Assembly: GCF_009914755.1 (NCBI RefSeq)
Contig: NC_060935.1
Strand: one strand, 5' to 3'
Origin: the human T2T-CHM13v2.0 reference genome, Homo sapiens
Length of the DNA stretch: 64,000 nucleotides
Shown here: positions 1 to 14,368 of the stretch, one piece after another
Layout: the number at the start of each line of letters is the position of its first letter
How positions within the stretch are numbered: position 1 is the stretch's first letter
Position numbers and translations under genes: made by a program
The notes under the pieces: generated by a model
Databases searched by the model: none
The model's input: the letters and a program-made list of their open reading frames with translations, nothing else
Told to the model about the DNA's origin: nothing

Positions 1-540
1 TGAGTTGAAGTGGTGATTGGCATCTAAATAATATAATATAGCAAAGGTGATGGGATGTCACCCTCTTTATTAGGTTACATTAAATGGCAAAAAAGATGGG
101 ATATCATGCCCATGATTACCTTACATTATATAAGACACACTTCTTAGAAGATTGGAGAGAGACTCTCATGTTGGCCTTAAAGAAGCAACAGCCATGTTGT
201 GAACTGCCTATGGAGAGGGCTGCATGGCAGGGTACTGTGGGCAGACTCTAGTAGCTAAGGCATCTTCCAGCCAACAGCCAATAAGAAGCTGAGGCTCTCA
301 GCCATACCCCCACAAGGAAATACATTCTGTTAACAATCCAAGTAAGCTGGAATTAGATCTGTCCTTGGCTTAGCCTCTTGTAAGACTGCAGCCCTGGATT
401 CCAGCCAGTGAGACAATGAAGCAGAGAGTCCTGCTATGCTGTGCTTGGGCTTGACCAAAGGAAACTGTGAAATAATAAACATGGTTTGTTTCAAGGGACT
501 GTTCGTGGAAATGTGTTACGCAGCATAGAAAATGAATGCA
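1..540 (+). mobile_element. MaLR LTR, MLT1E-like (5' part outside window)
   Basis: Contains gcaaaggtgatgggatgtca, gccatgttgtgaactgcctatggagaggg and aataaa...tgttacgcagcatagaaaatgaatgca, typical of an MLT1 3' end. Confidence 0.75.
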
Positions 541-2699
541 TTAACAGCCCAAGATGCTTTTCATTGGGCTCCTACTGCACTTTTCACATACCTCCATCAA
601 GCAGCTGAAACTTTTATACTCAAATAAATTGTTTCCCAACAGATAAAAAATTTCAAGAGCAGTTACTGTGTCTTTTTTTCTAGCATCTAGTATAGGAAGC
701 TCTCGATGACGCTTTTTTTTTTTTTGCAATGAGAAAATAATTTTTAAAAAGAACAAAAGTAAATGTGGAAAGCTGGAAGTGTATTTATTGAAAGCATTTT
801 ATCATTGAACATAGAGCTATTTCAACGTTAATAATCTATAAGCCTACATCTTAAAAATTTAAATATAGGAAAACCAAACAGGGCTATTATTTAATGAGGG
901 CCTATTATATACTTGGTGCTGAACTAATAAATATGGAAAATGCAACTTTAAAAGACTCTTACATAATTTCTCATGGTTCATATGGAAAAATTTGAGCTTT
1001 ATCCAAGCAACATTAGTTAAATGTATAAATCTTCAAATAAATGTTGTCGAAGATAGTTGGGATAGTAAGCTTTGCAAAATTAAGCTGCCCTAGAGATGTT
1101 TAAGCTCACACTTCAGTCCCTCCTATTAGAATGATAATAAAAGGAATTCAAATACTGAACTGCGTAACCTTTGAGGTCCCTTTTAGTTCAAAGATTTCAT
1201 GATCCTTAAAACTGCAATTTGGAAAACATTATTTTGTGGCAGGCTAATGAATTATAGCCAATGACATGATAACTATATTAAATATATATATATTAGAAAG
1301 ATAACTCCGAAATGCATTCTCACGAACCCTACATATTCCTTTAAATAAAGTATCTGCCCAAAAAACCTAAGACATGTTGTTCCAGTAAAACTGGAACTGG
1401 GTGCTGATTTTCCTCTATATGTGCTGCAATGACTCCAGAAGCCACAAGGTGGCAGAGTGTTGGTACTGTGTTTCTAATTCACAAGACTTCACAACAGGAG
1501 TTCATGATACATTCAAAGGCAACTTTAACTGAGATTTTGAATTCTTCCATCTGTTTCCATGTGCCAGGTGCAGGGGTTGGATGGAGAAACTGAGATGTAT
1601 ATTTGGAGGCTCTTGAAAAAGGAGATGACAAGATATAAAATCATGTGTATTTAAAGAAAAACTCTTTGTTGGCATAACTCCCAATTTGCCTCTGACCTCA
1701 AAATTATCACAGCTCAACCTGATCACTGACTTCTCCAATCATTTCTGTAACATTTACCCTTCCACACTTAAACTGGTACAAATTCGCGAATCTAACACTC
1801 CCATTTAGATCTCTAAATCATCTAAAGCAGTAAAATTTTTTTAATCTCTTTAAAGAGTTTTAAAAAAAATCAAAGAGGCATACTCTTGTCTTTATTTCCA
1901 TACATTGCTACAAGTCACAGCCCCAAATGAATATTATTTCAGTTCTATGAACAGGGTAAAGAACTTGTTCTCATGCTTTGACCTCAGGCTTTAGAGATTT
2001 CTAATATGTAACATACTTCCATTAAACTCATTCATCTTCCTCTGAAATGTAGTTTTCTCCAGAGCTCATGATCTCTTTGATAGTATTTGAATTGAAACAT
2101 ACTACAAGGTTATTTTTCTTTCCACAGATATTTAGAGTACTGTCACATCATAATCAGCCAAATAAATAGTATGCATAAGGTGGTGCCTCCTTTGGGGAAT
2201 TATTAATAGTAGATTCCAATTCTAGAGAACCAGGACCCTGTTGTAGTAAACATTGTATCTCCAGGGCCTGGAATAGTGCCTAGCTCATAATAGACATTTG
2301 AGTGATACTGATCAAATAATCAACCTAACCTGCCTACTTATTAAACTGAAAAGATTGTATATACCTTGAGTCCAATGGGAGCCTACAATTAAGACTTGCA
2401 AATAGTAATTGCTCGATAAATCTTAAATGAACAATAAAGAGACCTGTATGCACGCATAATTTTGTGTTTCCTATTTAGAAGGGAAATTGCTATAGAAGCT
2501 CAATCAATCAAGACACAGTTATTTGTTACTACTGAATAACATTTTAATTCTGTAAGTTACCTCAAAGGTAACCAATGCGTACCCCTAAGGAGTTAACTGT
2601 GGAGGAGACAAATCACAAGAGGTAATAAGCGAAGGACTCAGAATAGCACGTTTCTTTAACCAATTTAGGGATTTTTTACATCTATTTTTATTACTTTTA

Positions 2700-3700
2700 A
2701 AGTAATGCATGTGAATATATGTATTTGTATTTCCATGCAAGCTGTCTAGAAAAGCTTAGACTCTCCCAGCCCAGCCAATTTTTTTAACTCTTAACACTCC
2801 TCTGGGAATTGTCCTTACTTTATTTTTTAGGGTGTCTCTTTACCCTTATATGAGTATACCTCTAATTTTTTATTTGTCAACTTTAGTATCTATTGATTTC
2901 TATACATGAAAAATGAAGATTTAGTTACTCACACTACTCTCCTACTATATCCTTTTGGTATGTTTGATATTTATAATATTATTTGAGTCCTGTTAACTCT
3001 GTAACTAATTTCTTAAAAATCTCTCTCTTATTTCAATATTTGACAGTCTTCCTCAACTCCACAATCTGTAAAATGTCAATATTAGTCATCATTCTTCCTT
3101 CCACATCCCCTCTTCTGTCAGCTAAATATTTACTTCTATAATTTTAAGATTGTTGATATTTATATTTTGTCATACAACCATAACAATATTTTCTACATTT
3201 TGTTACACAATATTGCTAAAAGTTGAAAATCAATAAATGGCCATCATATTATAATTGTTTTGTAAATACTGTTAGTGCCAGGTCAGGTAATATGTTGATG
3301 CATTTTTTTCTTTGCAAATCCAATGTCACGAACCTTGGATCACTCATGAGAGAATGTTTCTCACATCGAGGTCAAATAGATTTTTTTCCTTCACAAACCA
3401 TGCATTTTAAAATGCATCAAAATTTGTTTTATATTTGTATCGTCTTGCATAGTTTGCTTTGTAGGCCTGAAAAATATAGTACTTCACCAGCCTTCCTAGA
3501 GTTTTTCCTACGCTATTTGCCTTTATTGCCTTTATTGTCATATTTTTAGTTATTTACAGACTCTTGATTATATCATTTATTCTGTGAAGTCACTGCTTTT
3601 GTAAGCTTCCTTTAGAAGATTCTGAACCTCTTTTATTTAAATTGATTACTCTCCAGGCCATTTGTACTCATGTCGTTTTGGAACTCCCCACCACCTCTTC
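2700..3700 (-). mobile_element. Old L1M fragment
   Basis: Strongly T-rich degenerate tract typical of antisense ancient L1; boundaries approximate. Confidence 0.45.
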
Positions 3701-3840
3701 CTTGCTCTTCTGAGTAAGAAGTGGTGGAAGCAGTTGAGTCCCAGGTCATCCCCCATCACCACACTGGGGCAGCGTCCCCAGGCTTCCAGTAGCTCCCAGG
3801 TGGGCGCTAGAGTCCATGCATTTACCTAGTACCTTCCCCT

Positions 3841-3923
3841 TGAGTTGAAGTGGTGATTGACATCTAAATAATATAATACAGCAAAGGTGATGGATGTCAC
3901 CCTTTTTATTAGGTTACATTAAA
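3841..3923 (+). repeat. Local duplicate of 1-84 (MLT1 segment)
   Basis: 3 substitutions and 1 indel over 84 bp relative to positions 1-84. Confidence 0.9.
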
Positions 3924-6900
3924 GTTGTACATAAATTACCTCTCTCCTGGAATAGTTCTCATTTGTACCCAAAAGTATAAAATTTTTAAGAAATTGGTTA
4001 TATAGAATTTATAATTATAATCATTATAATTATTAAGAAATTAGTTATACAGAAAAATATTACAATCTCCTCACAAAAAAATAAATAGCCAACTATGGTC
4101 AGTGTTCAGCTTTGTTGCCTAGCCCCTGAGGCATCTTTAATATAGAAACATGTCTAAACATAACTGCTCAATAGTAGGCCTTTTGCTAGGTGTGGTTGGG
4201 CATGCAAAAGCTAAATGAGAGACAATACTCCTGTTCCAAGAAGTGTACAGTACCCAAATGCCACAAAGATCAAATGTTAGAGTTACATTTATCAATCTAA
4301 CTTTATCAACATAATTTGTATGTTATATTATGGCTTTATATCTATAATATCCCTTTGCCTTACGTATACTTCAAGTATCTTTTCAGGTTTACTCAGAAGA
4401 CCACGGGATATGGATTACCTGAAAGTAAATAAAGCTACAAAAACAGTTCTTCAGATTTTTCTACTTCTACATTCTGATGAAGTGTCAATGTTATGAGAAG
4501 GGCTGGCTAATATCTATGACTGGAACCTTGTTGCCTTGTCAAAGACCATGCACATACTCTCCAAAGCCAATTGTAGGGAGGGAAAACTTTAGTGTGGAGA
4601 TGATTTCTTCCAGCAAAAATGTCTCATGTGTTTCTTAGAGTTAATGCTCCCCCTTTTCTATCAGTTTTCTATCTTCTTGTTGTTCTACACTGCACCATTA
4701 TAGGTGCAACCATACACTGGGGACGTATAATAACAAACAGCCTCACTGACAAACATATATTCGACTTATCCTACAGATACACAGAATTCCAATAATAACA
4801 GCAGAGAAGTTATTACTGGAGGGAAGTACCATAAGTAGAGGGCGGATGGCCGTGTCATTAATTACCAAGAGGCTACAGATCCTATTGCGTGATCTAAACT
4901 AAATCTTTCATATTGTCAATCTCAAAGAATCTATCAAAAAAAAACCCACATCTATTCCATCTCTAATAATTTTCCAAATTGCCTACAGGGGGAAAATTAA
5001 AAGGGTGGTCTAATAACAAGAACCTCCCACTAGTCTTTGGTTTGCCATTTTTTATTGTGTATGTTTTGTGATGATGTAATGAGGTGGGCTGGATGGGCTG
5101 TTTTCTGGAATTGGGTAGTAGAAAAGAGGGCAGCTATTTCATTTTAATTTATAGATTCCTAATTTATTCAAATTTCACAAATTTAAACATTTTAGATTAC
5201 AATTATTTCAGTACCCTGTGTTTCTAGAAATGTCATGTTTTAGAGAAGCCCATCTCTGGCTACGAGATGAAGCAGCAAATGGGAGAAAACCTCAAAAGAG
5301 AGGAGCATGTGATAAATGTGATAAAAAAGGAAACGAGGAAGAAGAGAATAAAGAAGAAAAAGTGGATGTCAGGAATTGGAAGTAGAAACATGCAGAAGCC
5401 ATTTATCTCTGCTACTAAAGAAATAATTATTTATAATCATAAAAAATCATGTAACTCTTGCTCTGCTTAAATTTGTATTCCTTTGTTCACTGACTACATT
5501 GAAATTCTTGGATGTCACTCTGAGACTCTCAGAGTATCCAGTTTTCTCCCTGAATATTTAGCTTAGAGATTGAGTTTGCTTTCCTCCACTAAAGGATATA
5601 CTTTAATTTGCAGGCTTTCATATAGACTGGGTTGTTGCTTCTAAAAGCCTTTATGTCAACTCCCTGCATTTTATTTTCTGCAAAGTATTAGAGAGCACCA
5701 TATCTATAGCTAATCTCTACAGCTAATGTTGCTAGGAGGATTAATTTGAAAAGAACTCGCTAACATTTCTGAGGTTTCCTCAGCAAAGTCCAATATAAAG
5801 GGTATTTCATTGTATTTATTATGTTGTTGTATTACTTAAAGTTTGTAACCAGAGTAAATGAGATTTCCAGACTTGGGTACTTTGCACAGCCTTGTAAAGT
5901 ACATATAAATGTGAAATTACTAGTGATCAAGGGAAGAGGGGAGGACTCTGATGTTTTTAAACTTCTGTTCTTCAGTTAAAACTCCATAAAAACCTGTCCC
6001 AAGTCAATACCAAAATGCTGAATTCAGATATTTTTGTACCTGTAATATAAATAAAAATATATTACATGGTATATATTGTTTTGTATTAATTGTATGCTTA
6101 ATTTTCTTTTTGGGCCTTAACAATAATTTTGTTTACACTGGAATAAAATTGAAATAAATTTAGAGTTGATTTATATTCATAGCCTTTGCATTTGAAGCAT
6201 GACAATATCTTGTTTTCATTTTATTGCTTCAAAGTTTCCAAGACAACTGGATTTATCCTCCAGAATAATTTCACACTTTTTTATTTAAATCAATTAAATC
6301 AATGTGAAACATAACCAAGATTATATTAATATTTGTCTCTTTTGAACTGGTAAGCATCTAGCCTTTGTCAACAGAAATAAAATTCTATTTCATAATTCCT
6401 ACAGTAAGAAATGCAGCTAGCTCTGGCAGGAACATCAAACTCAACTCATGAACATTTTTAAACACTTCAGATTATCTATGGGCTTACTTCAAATTCATGA
6501 GGTAACAATATGCAAATAATTATCTCTTGGAATGTGATGGTTCAAAAATGCTAACAACAGTTATTCCAACTTGATTATGACTTAGCAGTATCATTTAGGT
6601 ATATATGTTCAATATGAATATTCAGTTTGATACACTGTTTTTAATATTGCCTTAAGTGGTATAATCATCTTTGGATGCCATATGTACTATTGCATAATCC
6701 ATCCCAGTTACAAAGGAATGCTTCCCTAAATGTTTTACCAAAAATTTTATGAGCTACTTTTCTACAGCCTTTACATCCAATTCTCTAATTAATCAACACT
6801 CTAAGAAGATTAAACCTTAAAACTAAGCTGTGAAACAAAAATATCAAGGAATACTACGGTAACATAACTTAGTGAATTATGAGTTCCCCTGATAATAGAG

Positions 6901-7380
6901 TCCACTGGTAATTATTTATTAAATGTCAACTGCACAAAAGGCACTATTTTGTTGTAGGAAGGGGCTATAAAATGTAATGACTACCACCATTTGTTGAGTA
7001 CCGACTCCATGCCAGACACTTTACTGTACTATCTTCTTTTATATGTTAGTGTGGTTAGGCTTGAATGCCAGGTTAGAAAAATCTAGAGTTAATCCTGTAA
7101 ACTGTTGGCAACCTTTAAAGGGTTTGTAGGGGAGAGGTCAGGAAAAACTGTATGAGTTTCGAATGGCAAGGAGACCGCAGGTGGTAAACAGGAATGACCT
7201 AAACCTGAGCAGCATCTATGGAATGTGAAGCCTGGGCCCAAAGGGGGAGCACTTGGATAAATTATAGAGTCTGGTGATCACCTGGTCTTAGAGGCTGTGA
7301 GAAAGAGAAGTTAAAGCTAAAATTCCACTGTGGGGAATTTATTTCATAAATACATTTGTGCACATATGAAGTAGTGGGTT

Positions 7381-7730
7381 TGTATTAGTCAGAAAACAAT
7401 AGGTGATACCATGGTAACCATAAAATCTCAGCGGCTTACCATGTGGACAGTTTATCTGTCACTCATAGAAGTCAGATGCTGGTGCGGCAGCAGGGCAGCA
7501 GCGCTCCTTCCTCTTGTAATGATACCATCTGAAAGGTGATTTCTAAGGGGTCTGGCAGGTGGAGAGAATGTTGGAGAGTTGCAGACAACAGTTTTAAGAG
7601 TCAGGCCTGAAACTGCTTATGCTAATTCTCTTCCTATCTCATTGATTAACTGAGACACGTGTCCCCATCCTACCTACACACAAGGTTGAAAGTTGAGGGA
7701 TACACCTATATTCAGTGAATGTTAATGTCA
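7381..7730 (-). mobile_element. MaLR LTR (MLT1J/K-like)
   Basis: Begins tgtattagtcag...aaatctcagcggctta...gtttatctgtcactca, the antisense MLT1 terminus pattern. Confidence 0.55.
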
Positions 7731-9189
7731 CTAGGTTTAGTTGTAAGAGGACATTATTAGAAACCCAAATACTCATCAGTAGGAAACTACTTAATAAGTT
7801 ATGCTACATTCATACAGGGAAAGCTCTAAAAACAAGTGCTGATATGGGAAGATCTTGACGATATATTATTAAGTGACAAAAAATTAAAATGCAGACAAGT
7901 ATGTACGTTATCCTTTATATAAAAAATATGAAATATTTGATTGGATGATAAAGAATGTCTGAAAGGATACATAAGAAACCAATGACAATGTTTACTCATT
8001 TGGGGAAGAGGTTGGATGAGGTAGACCATCCTTTGAGACAGCTTAGTTCTATTTTTACCAATAACCCAACCCAAACAAATGGTTTTGATATTTCATCTTT
8101 CCAACAACCAGTCTTTATATTACATTTCAATATTAAGTATCAAACAATCGATATTTTACCATAACCTAATGAACAATGAATTCAAGCATAACTGAAAGTT
8201 AATGAACTCCAAGACAAGACAAGGGTGGCATGCTAGTAGAGATGTGAATTTGTCTGAATACTTCCTGAGCATTTAATAGTATCACTACAGCTGATTGTAT
8301 TCCGAGACTTCTTAATGGAAAGCAAACAAAACTAGATGCTGATTATTTTCCCTCGAATTGTTTCTTCCTAAAAACCAAATTTAAATTTAGCTTGGGATTT
8401 TCTGTTAATGTTAAAAAAAAAAAAAAGCCAAAGCAGCTGTTTGCAGTTTAGTATGCTAGAATTTGGCTCACAGTGGATTTTAAATTTTGCCAGCTAAGGG
8501 GGTACAAAGAGAACCATAAGTGCCACCAGCGTTAGTTTTCCATTCCATGGGAATCTGAGTGGGTCACTGGAAATGAAGAAACAGCTTCACTTATCCAGTC
8601 ATCCTCTCTGAATCTCAGCTTTCTTATCTATACAATAGGGATTTGGTATCTACCTAATGGAGTCTTTGTGAAGAATCAATTATGACACAATGTATCTGTC
8701 ACAGATTTGTACACTAGTAAGTGCTAAATATGACTTTTTCCAGGGAAGCTTTCCTTTACACCTTAAATGAGACCTGGATCTCCTGTTCTTTTGCTCCCAT
8801 TGTGCCCCTGTACTTCTTCTTCCAATACTTAGTTGTTCGCTTTTTGTTTTCCCCGCTAGCGTGCAGAGCCTCGCACACTACTATGTTCTAAATGCCTACT
8901 ACAAAGCCAGAGACGTAGTGCAATATTTCAGTTTTGAATTAAACTGATGATTGCAAACATTCTCCATCCCTCTCTTTGATTCATACTCTATTCACAAGGT
9001 CAGCATTAAATACTAGAACCCCTCAAAGCAAAAATGACATCCATGACATTCATATGCCAATGGTCTTAGAGGTGTAGGTTAGTATTTGTCTTGTAGGTTG
9101 GCCATATTATATTTTACTGATCATACTTACGATGTTCAAGGAATGTGATTTTCACTGAGGTCAAATCCATTTTGGTCTATTCTTGTAAT

Positions 9190-9490
9190 AATAAAGTATT
9201 TGCAAGCATGTATTGAACACTTACTATGTATCAGACGTTGTTTTTGGCAGTTTACATGTAATTCTTGCAACAACTCCATTGGGTAGATTCTATTATTGTT
9301 CTCATTTTACAGAGAAGAAAATAGAGACAGGTAAAATATCTTAGGTAAAACATCTTGTCCAAGTTTTTGTAGTTACACCTTTGAAATTATAACGTTTACT
9401 TATCAAATTCTAAACTTAGTTACTATAGACAGAGCTAGGATTCTAATTTGGGCAGTTTGGGTTCAGGAGCCATGTTCTTCACCCTTCGGC
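9190..9490 (-). mobile_element. MIR carrying a templated insertion
   Basis: gtattgaacacttactatgt...ctcattttacagagaagaaa...cagagctaggatt, interrupted at 9376-9420. Confidence 0.7.
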
Positions 9491-10203
9491 TGGGCTTCTT
9501 TGTAATGATAAACTTTTTTAACATAGCATAAATATAGTTGAAAATATATAATAGAATTGCCTATTAAATTTGCTTCAAAATGAACATTTTAAAAAAAGTA
9601 TGGATGCAAATAAAAAGACATTGGTACTCATGCATTTCTGGTGGCATAAGGTGACATTAAATTTTTGGTAAATAACTTAATAACGTGTGAGCTATAATGT
9701 GTATTCACTAAGAAAATGGCCTAGAAATCAGACGGGATCGCCTTTGAATCACTGTAGTTAAGGAGGCTAAATATATAAATATCTTTCACCATTGATCTCC
9801 ATTCTGAGCATTTACTTTAAAGAAATAACACAAAACATGAAGAAAAACTTGTATAGCAAAGATGCATATGGTATCATTTATTTATATATAAACTTATCTT
9901 TTGGAAACATTCTTATTAGAAGATATATGTATATAAAACATATATAGAAGAGTATATAAAATATGTGCAGTTTAAAAAGTAGTTATGAAGTATCACTCTA
10001 AATCCTTTCTGTCTGTCTACAGCTAAGCACTACTCTAACTTTTGTAATAGTTATGTTCTTGTTTTTCTTTATAGATTTTGCCATCCTTCATTCTTTGACA
10101 ATATAGTACAGTTTACCTATTTTGAACTATATAGAAACAGAATCACACAAAATGTGACTTGCCTATTTCTCTTACCATTACATTGTGAGATGCAGCTATC
10201 TAG

Positions 10204-10848
<645 letters not shown>

Positions 10849-11239
10849 TAGATTAATTCAGATACATGGCACTCTAGGATCACTTTCCTTCTGCCTATGG
10901 GGCATTTTTTTAGAACATTCTTTAGAGAAGTTCTGCTGGTGCCAAAGTCTTTCAGTTTTTTTTTTTTTCCCTGAAAATATCTTTATTTAGCCTTCATTTT
11001 TAAAGACAAAAGTTATAGCATGACAGTTATTTTCTCAATATATATTGAGATATACACTGCCCTCTCTGCATCCCTCCCTCTCAGCCACCTTACCACTCTT
11101 CTATTAAGATGGCTCTTTCTCATTTTCACCATGCTATGTCTGGGTGCAGACTTTTAAAAAAATCTGTTTACAATTCTTGTTTCTCCTTGAATCTCTGTAT
11201 TTGCGCATTTTATCAATTCTAGAAACCTCTTGCCTACTT

Positions 11240-11536
11240 ACTTTTTCTTTTTTTTATTTTATTGAGATGGAGTCTTGCTCTGTCACCCAGGCTGGAGTGC
11301 AATGGCGTGATCTCAGCTACCTCTGCCTCCTGGGTTCAAGCGATTCTCCTGCCTCAGCCTCCTAAGTAGCTGGGATTACAGGTGTGCACCAGCACGCCCA
11401 GCTAATTTTTGTATTTTCAGTAGAGATGGGGTTTCACCCAGTTGGTTAGGCTGGTCTCAAACTCCTGACCTCGTGATCCATCCACTTTGGCCTCCCAAAG
11501 TGCTGAGATTACAGGCGTGAGTCACAGCACCTAGCC
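11240..11536 (-). mobile_element. AluS (Sg/Sc-like)
   Basis: Full dimer with the gacctcgtgatcc 2-bp-deletion diagnostic and a small internal deletion in the right arm. Confidence 0.95.
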
Positions 11537-12020
11537 CTTCTCTTTTCAAATGTTGCCTCTGCCACATGCTGTTTATCCCCTCCTTCTGTAATGCCTGTTG
11601 GATACTCACCAGTCCTCACCTAGCTCAATGTCCTCTCACTTCTCATATTTCCCATCTTTTTGCCTCTGTGAATTCTGGATAAATTTTCTGGACTAGTTGA
11701 TTCATTGTTTCTTCAGCTTTGACTAATTTGCTGTTACACTTCTCAACTTGTTTTTAATTTCAATTTGTTTATTTTATTAAAGTTCTCTTTATTTTTTTTT
11801 CAAGTCAGCTGGGCGGTTTTTACAATTTCCTGTACTGTTTATTCAAGTTCGTCTTTAATTATTTTAAACAATAAGTATTTTATAATCCATATCCCACAAT
11901 TCCAATATGAAGTCTTTGTGGGTTGATTTCAAAGCTTAAATTCATTTGGTTGCAAATGCTGTCAGGGCAGAAGGGGCCTTAGTGCGACACCAACCCTCTG
12001 GAATCCTGTCTTCACTTAGG

Positions 12021-12250
12021 TTTCTTTCTTCTTTTGCTTTTTTCCTTTTTGGAGACAGGGTCTCATTCTGTCACCCAGGCTGGAGTGCAGTGTTGTGATC
12101 TCGGCTCACTGCAGTCTTGACTTCCAAAGCTTAAACAATCCTCCCACCTCCAGCCTCTTGAGTAGCTGGGACTACAGATGCACACCACCACACCTTTCTA
12201 ATTTTTGTATGTTTTCTAAAGGCAGGGTTTTGCCATGTTGCCCAGGCTAG
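12021..12250 (-). mobile_element. 5'-truncated AluJ
   Basis: gagacagggtctc...aatcctcccacc...ttgcccaggct; aggtttct on both flanks. Confidence 0.9.
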
Positions 12251-12321
12251 AGGTTTCTGCCTGACAATGCTTAACTATCTTGTTAGTTGTCTGGTACTTT
12301 GAAGGAATTAATTTTTTAGTT

Positions 12322-12421
12322 AACTAGATTTAATCATTCCGCAGTGTATATGTACCTCAAAATACCATGTTGTACATGATAAAAGCATACAATGTTGTCA
12401 ATTTCAAATAAATAAATAAAA
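12322..12421 (+). mobile_element. L1MA 3' end
   Basis: aactagatttaatcattcc...catgttgtacatgataaa...aaataaataaataaa. Confidence 0.65.
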
Positions 12422-13984
12422 GTTTTGTTCGTTTAAAAATATATTGTATCCAACATTTGTAGTTGTAGTCAAAGGGATGGTTGGTCCAAGAAACATAGTC
12501 CACTATTTGTCAGAAACAGAAGTCCTTGTTTTGAAAGGTTTAATAATTCAGCTGCCCAAGGGCAATGGGCTAAACTAATCTTTCACATATTTTCCCCTAT
12601 TATGTTTATAGAAACATTACGAGGCATCAAACAATAAGAAGTCTAATAAAAGGTAGCCTGCTCTTAGATTTTGACCTGGAAATTAGGAGTTTTGAGTGTT
12701 CTTTTAGGCCACTGACATTCTACTATGTGATGTTAGAACTTATTTACTTATTGCTTTTCCCATTTGTAATTTAAAATTTAAAAAAATCCTTTACTTATAG
12801 CTCCACTTTTCCCATAAATCAAATCTCAGCTAAATGAAGAGTTTCCAGGAAGGACTTTGAAGCTACTCTATATATTCAAAGTACTGTACTAGGTTTATAC
12901 GGGCTACATAGTTTTATAGTTAATTTTCATTGCAAAAATGAGAGACGTTACCAGCAAAAGTCCTTAACCATATCTTCAGAGGAAGTTTTCATAAAAGATA
13001 CTTTAAAAAAAAATATATGGTGCAATTGTTTTTGTTTTTGTTTTTCCATAAGAAACATCATGTACCAGACAGCACAACATAATTTTCTTTTGTTTCGTGC
13101 ATGGGCACTGAATGAGAACCCTTCTACTCAATTGTGACAAATTCATTCAAGCTCAAGCCTCAATCTTTTAGATGTTTTGCAAGTGTCTGTGATTTATGTG
13201 CATACGTCAAAGAGAAAGCACACTTCACAGAAATTAGGGACAGAAAAACTTCACTAAGCTCTCCTGCCTAAGAGGTACAACTAGGCCTCTTTCCTGGTGC
13301 AGATGAGATGAGAGACTTGGTGAAAACAAGCTTTCTTGTGAGTCATCCTTAATACCATTGGGAAAATAGGCATCGCATTCCAGTGGACTGGGCAGCTAAC
13401 AACCCTCACCCCCACAAAATGGAAAATCTGTAAAGTTCTTTTGATTCCCACAACCAGAGATATTCCTCTTCTCATTCAACTCTTTTATTTTGTGACGGTG
13501 CAACATCTTTTCTGAGAATAGCTTAAGGTTTGGGACCCAAAGGTCCTAAATTTAAGGGGGTGGAAAAGGTTTAATAGTAAATGTCACGTGCATGAATGTC
13601 CTTTATCCTGTATTTATTCATAAAATAATAATAGTTATCATTTATTGAATACTCCCTATGCAGTATGCATTATCTCACTTCTATCATTACAGTGTCTTTC
13701 CTGTTAAGTACCTTGATTCTTAACGAATGAATGAAAAAATTTAAAGATAAGGAAAACAGGAAAAAGACCTCAAGGAGGATAAATGGCTAGCAAGAGTAAA
13801 GGGAAATTTGAACTAAGACTGATACGACTACAAAGCCCTTGCTTCCAAGTATTATACACTCTGCCTCTCTTTAAACTTCTTAAGGGAGAAATTTTTTAAA
13901 AATCAGAAAAAGGAAATGGGAATTATACTGACTAATACAATTATCACTTCATTCTAAATTATAAACTTCTATCTGAGACAATGC

Positions 13985-14368
13985 TATGTGCTCACCAAAT
14001 TGTTTTATTGTCTTCCTGGACCCACAGATGATGAATTCTCTTAGCCTTGTTTGCAGTTATTTTGGCACCATTCATTGCGTTCCGGCCAATGGAATGCCAG
14101 TAGAGATGACGCGGGCCATGTCCAGGCCTCCTCATGAAACCACTTGTGCAATTCTCCATGCTCTCTCTCTATTTTTTGGCAATCTTAGAAGTCAATTGAT
14201 GAAAGTGGTAGTGACAAAAATGGAAGGAGCAGAGGTTTCTGCATGACTATGTGGTCAACAGCCCTATCGCCAACTCAGTTGAACATTGACGTGAGAGCTA
14301 TAAGTCTTTATTGCACTGTCACTGATGTTTGTTGTGTTACCACAGTTAGCTTGCATCACCTCACATAC
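13985..14368 (+). mobile_element. MaLR LTR (MLT1I/J-like)
   Basis: ttccggccaatggaatg...ccaggcct...aaaatggaaggagc...gtttgttgtgttaccacagttagc. Confidence 0.6.
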
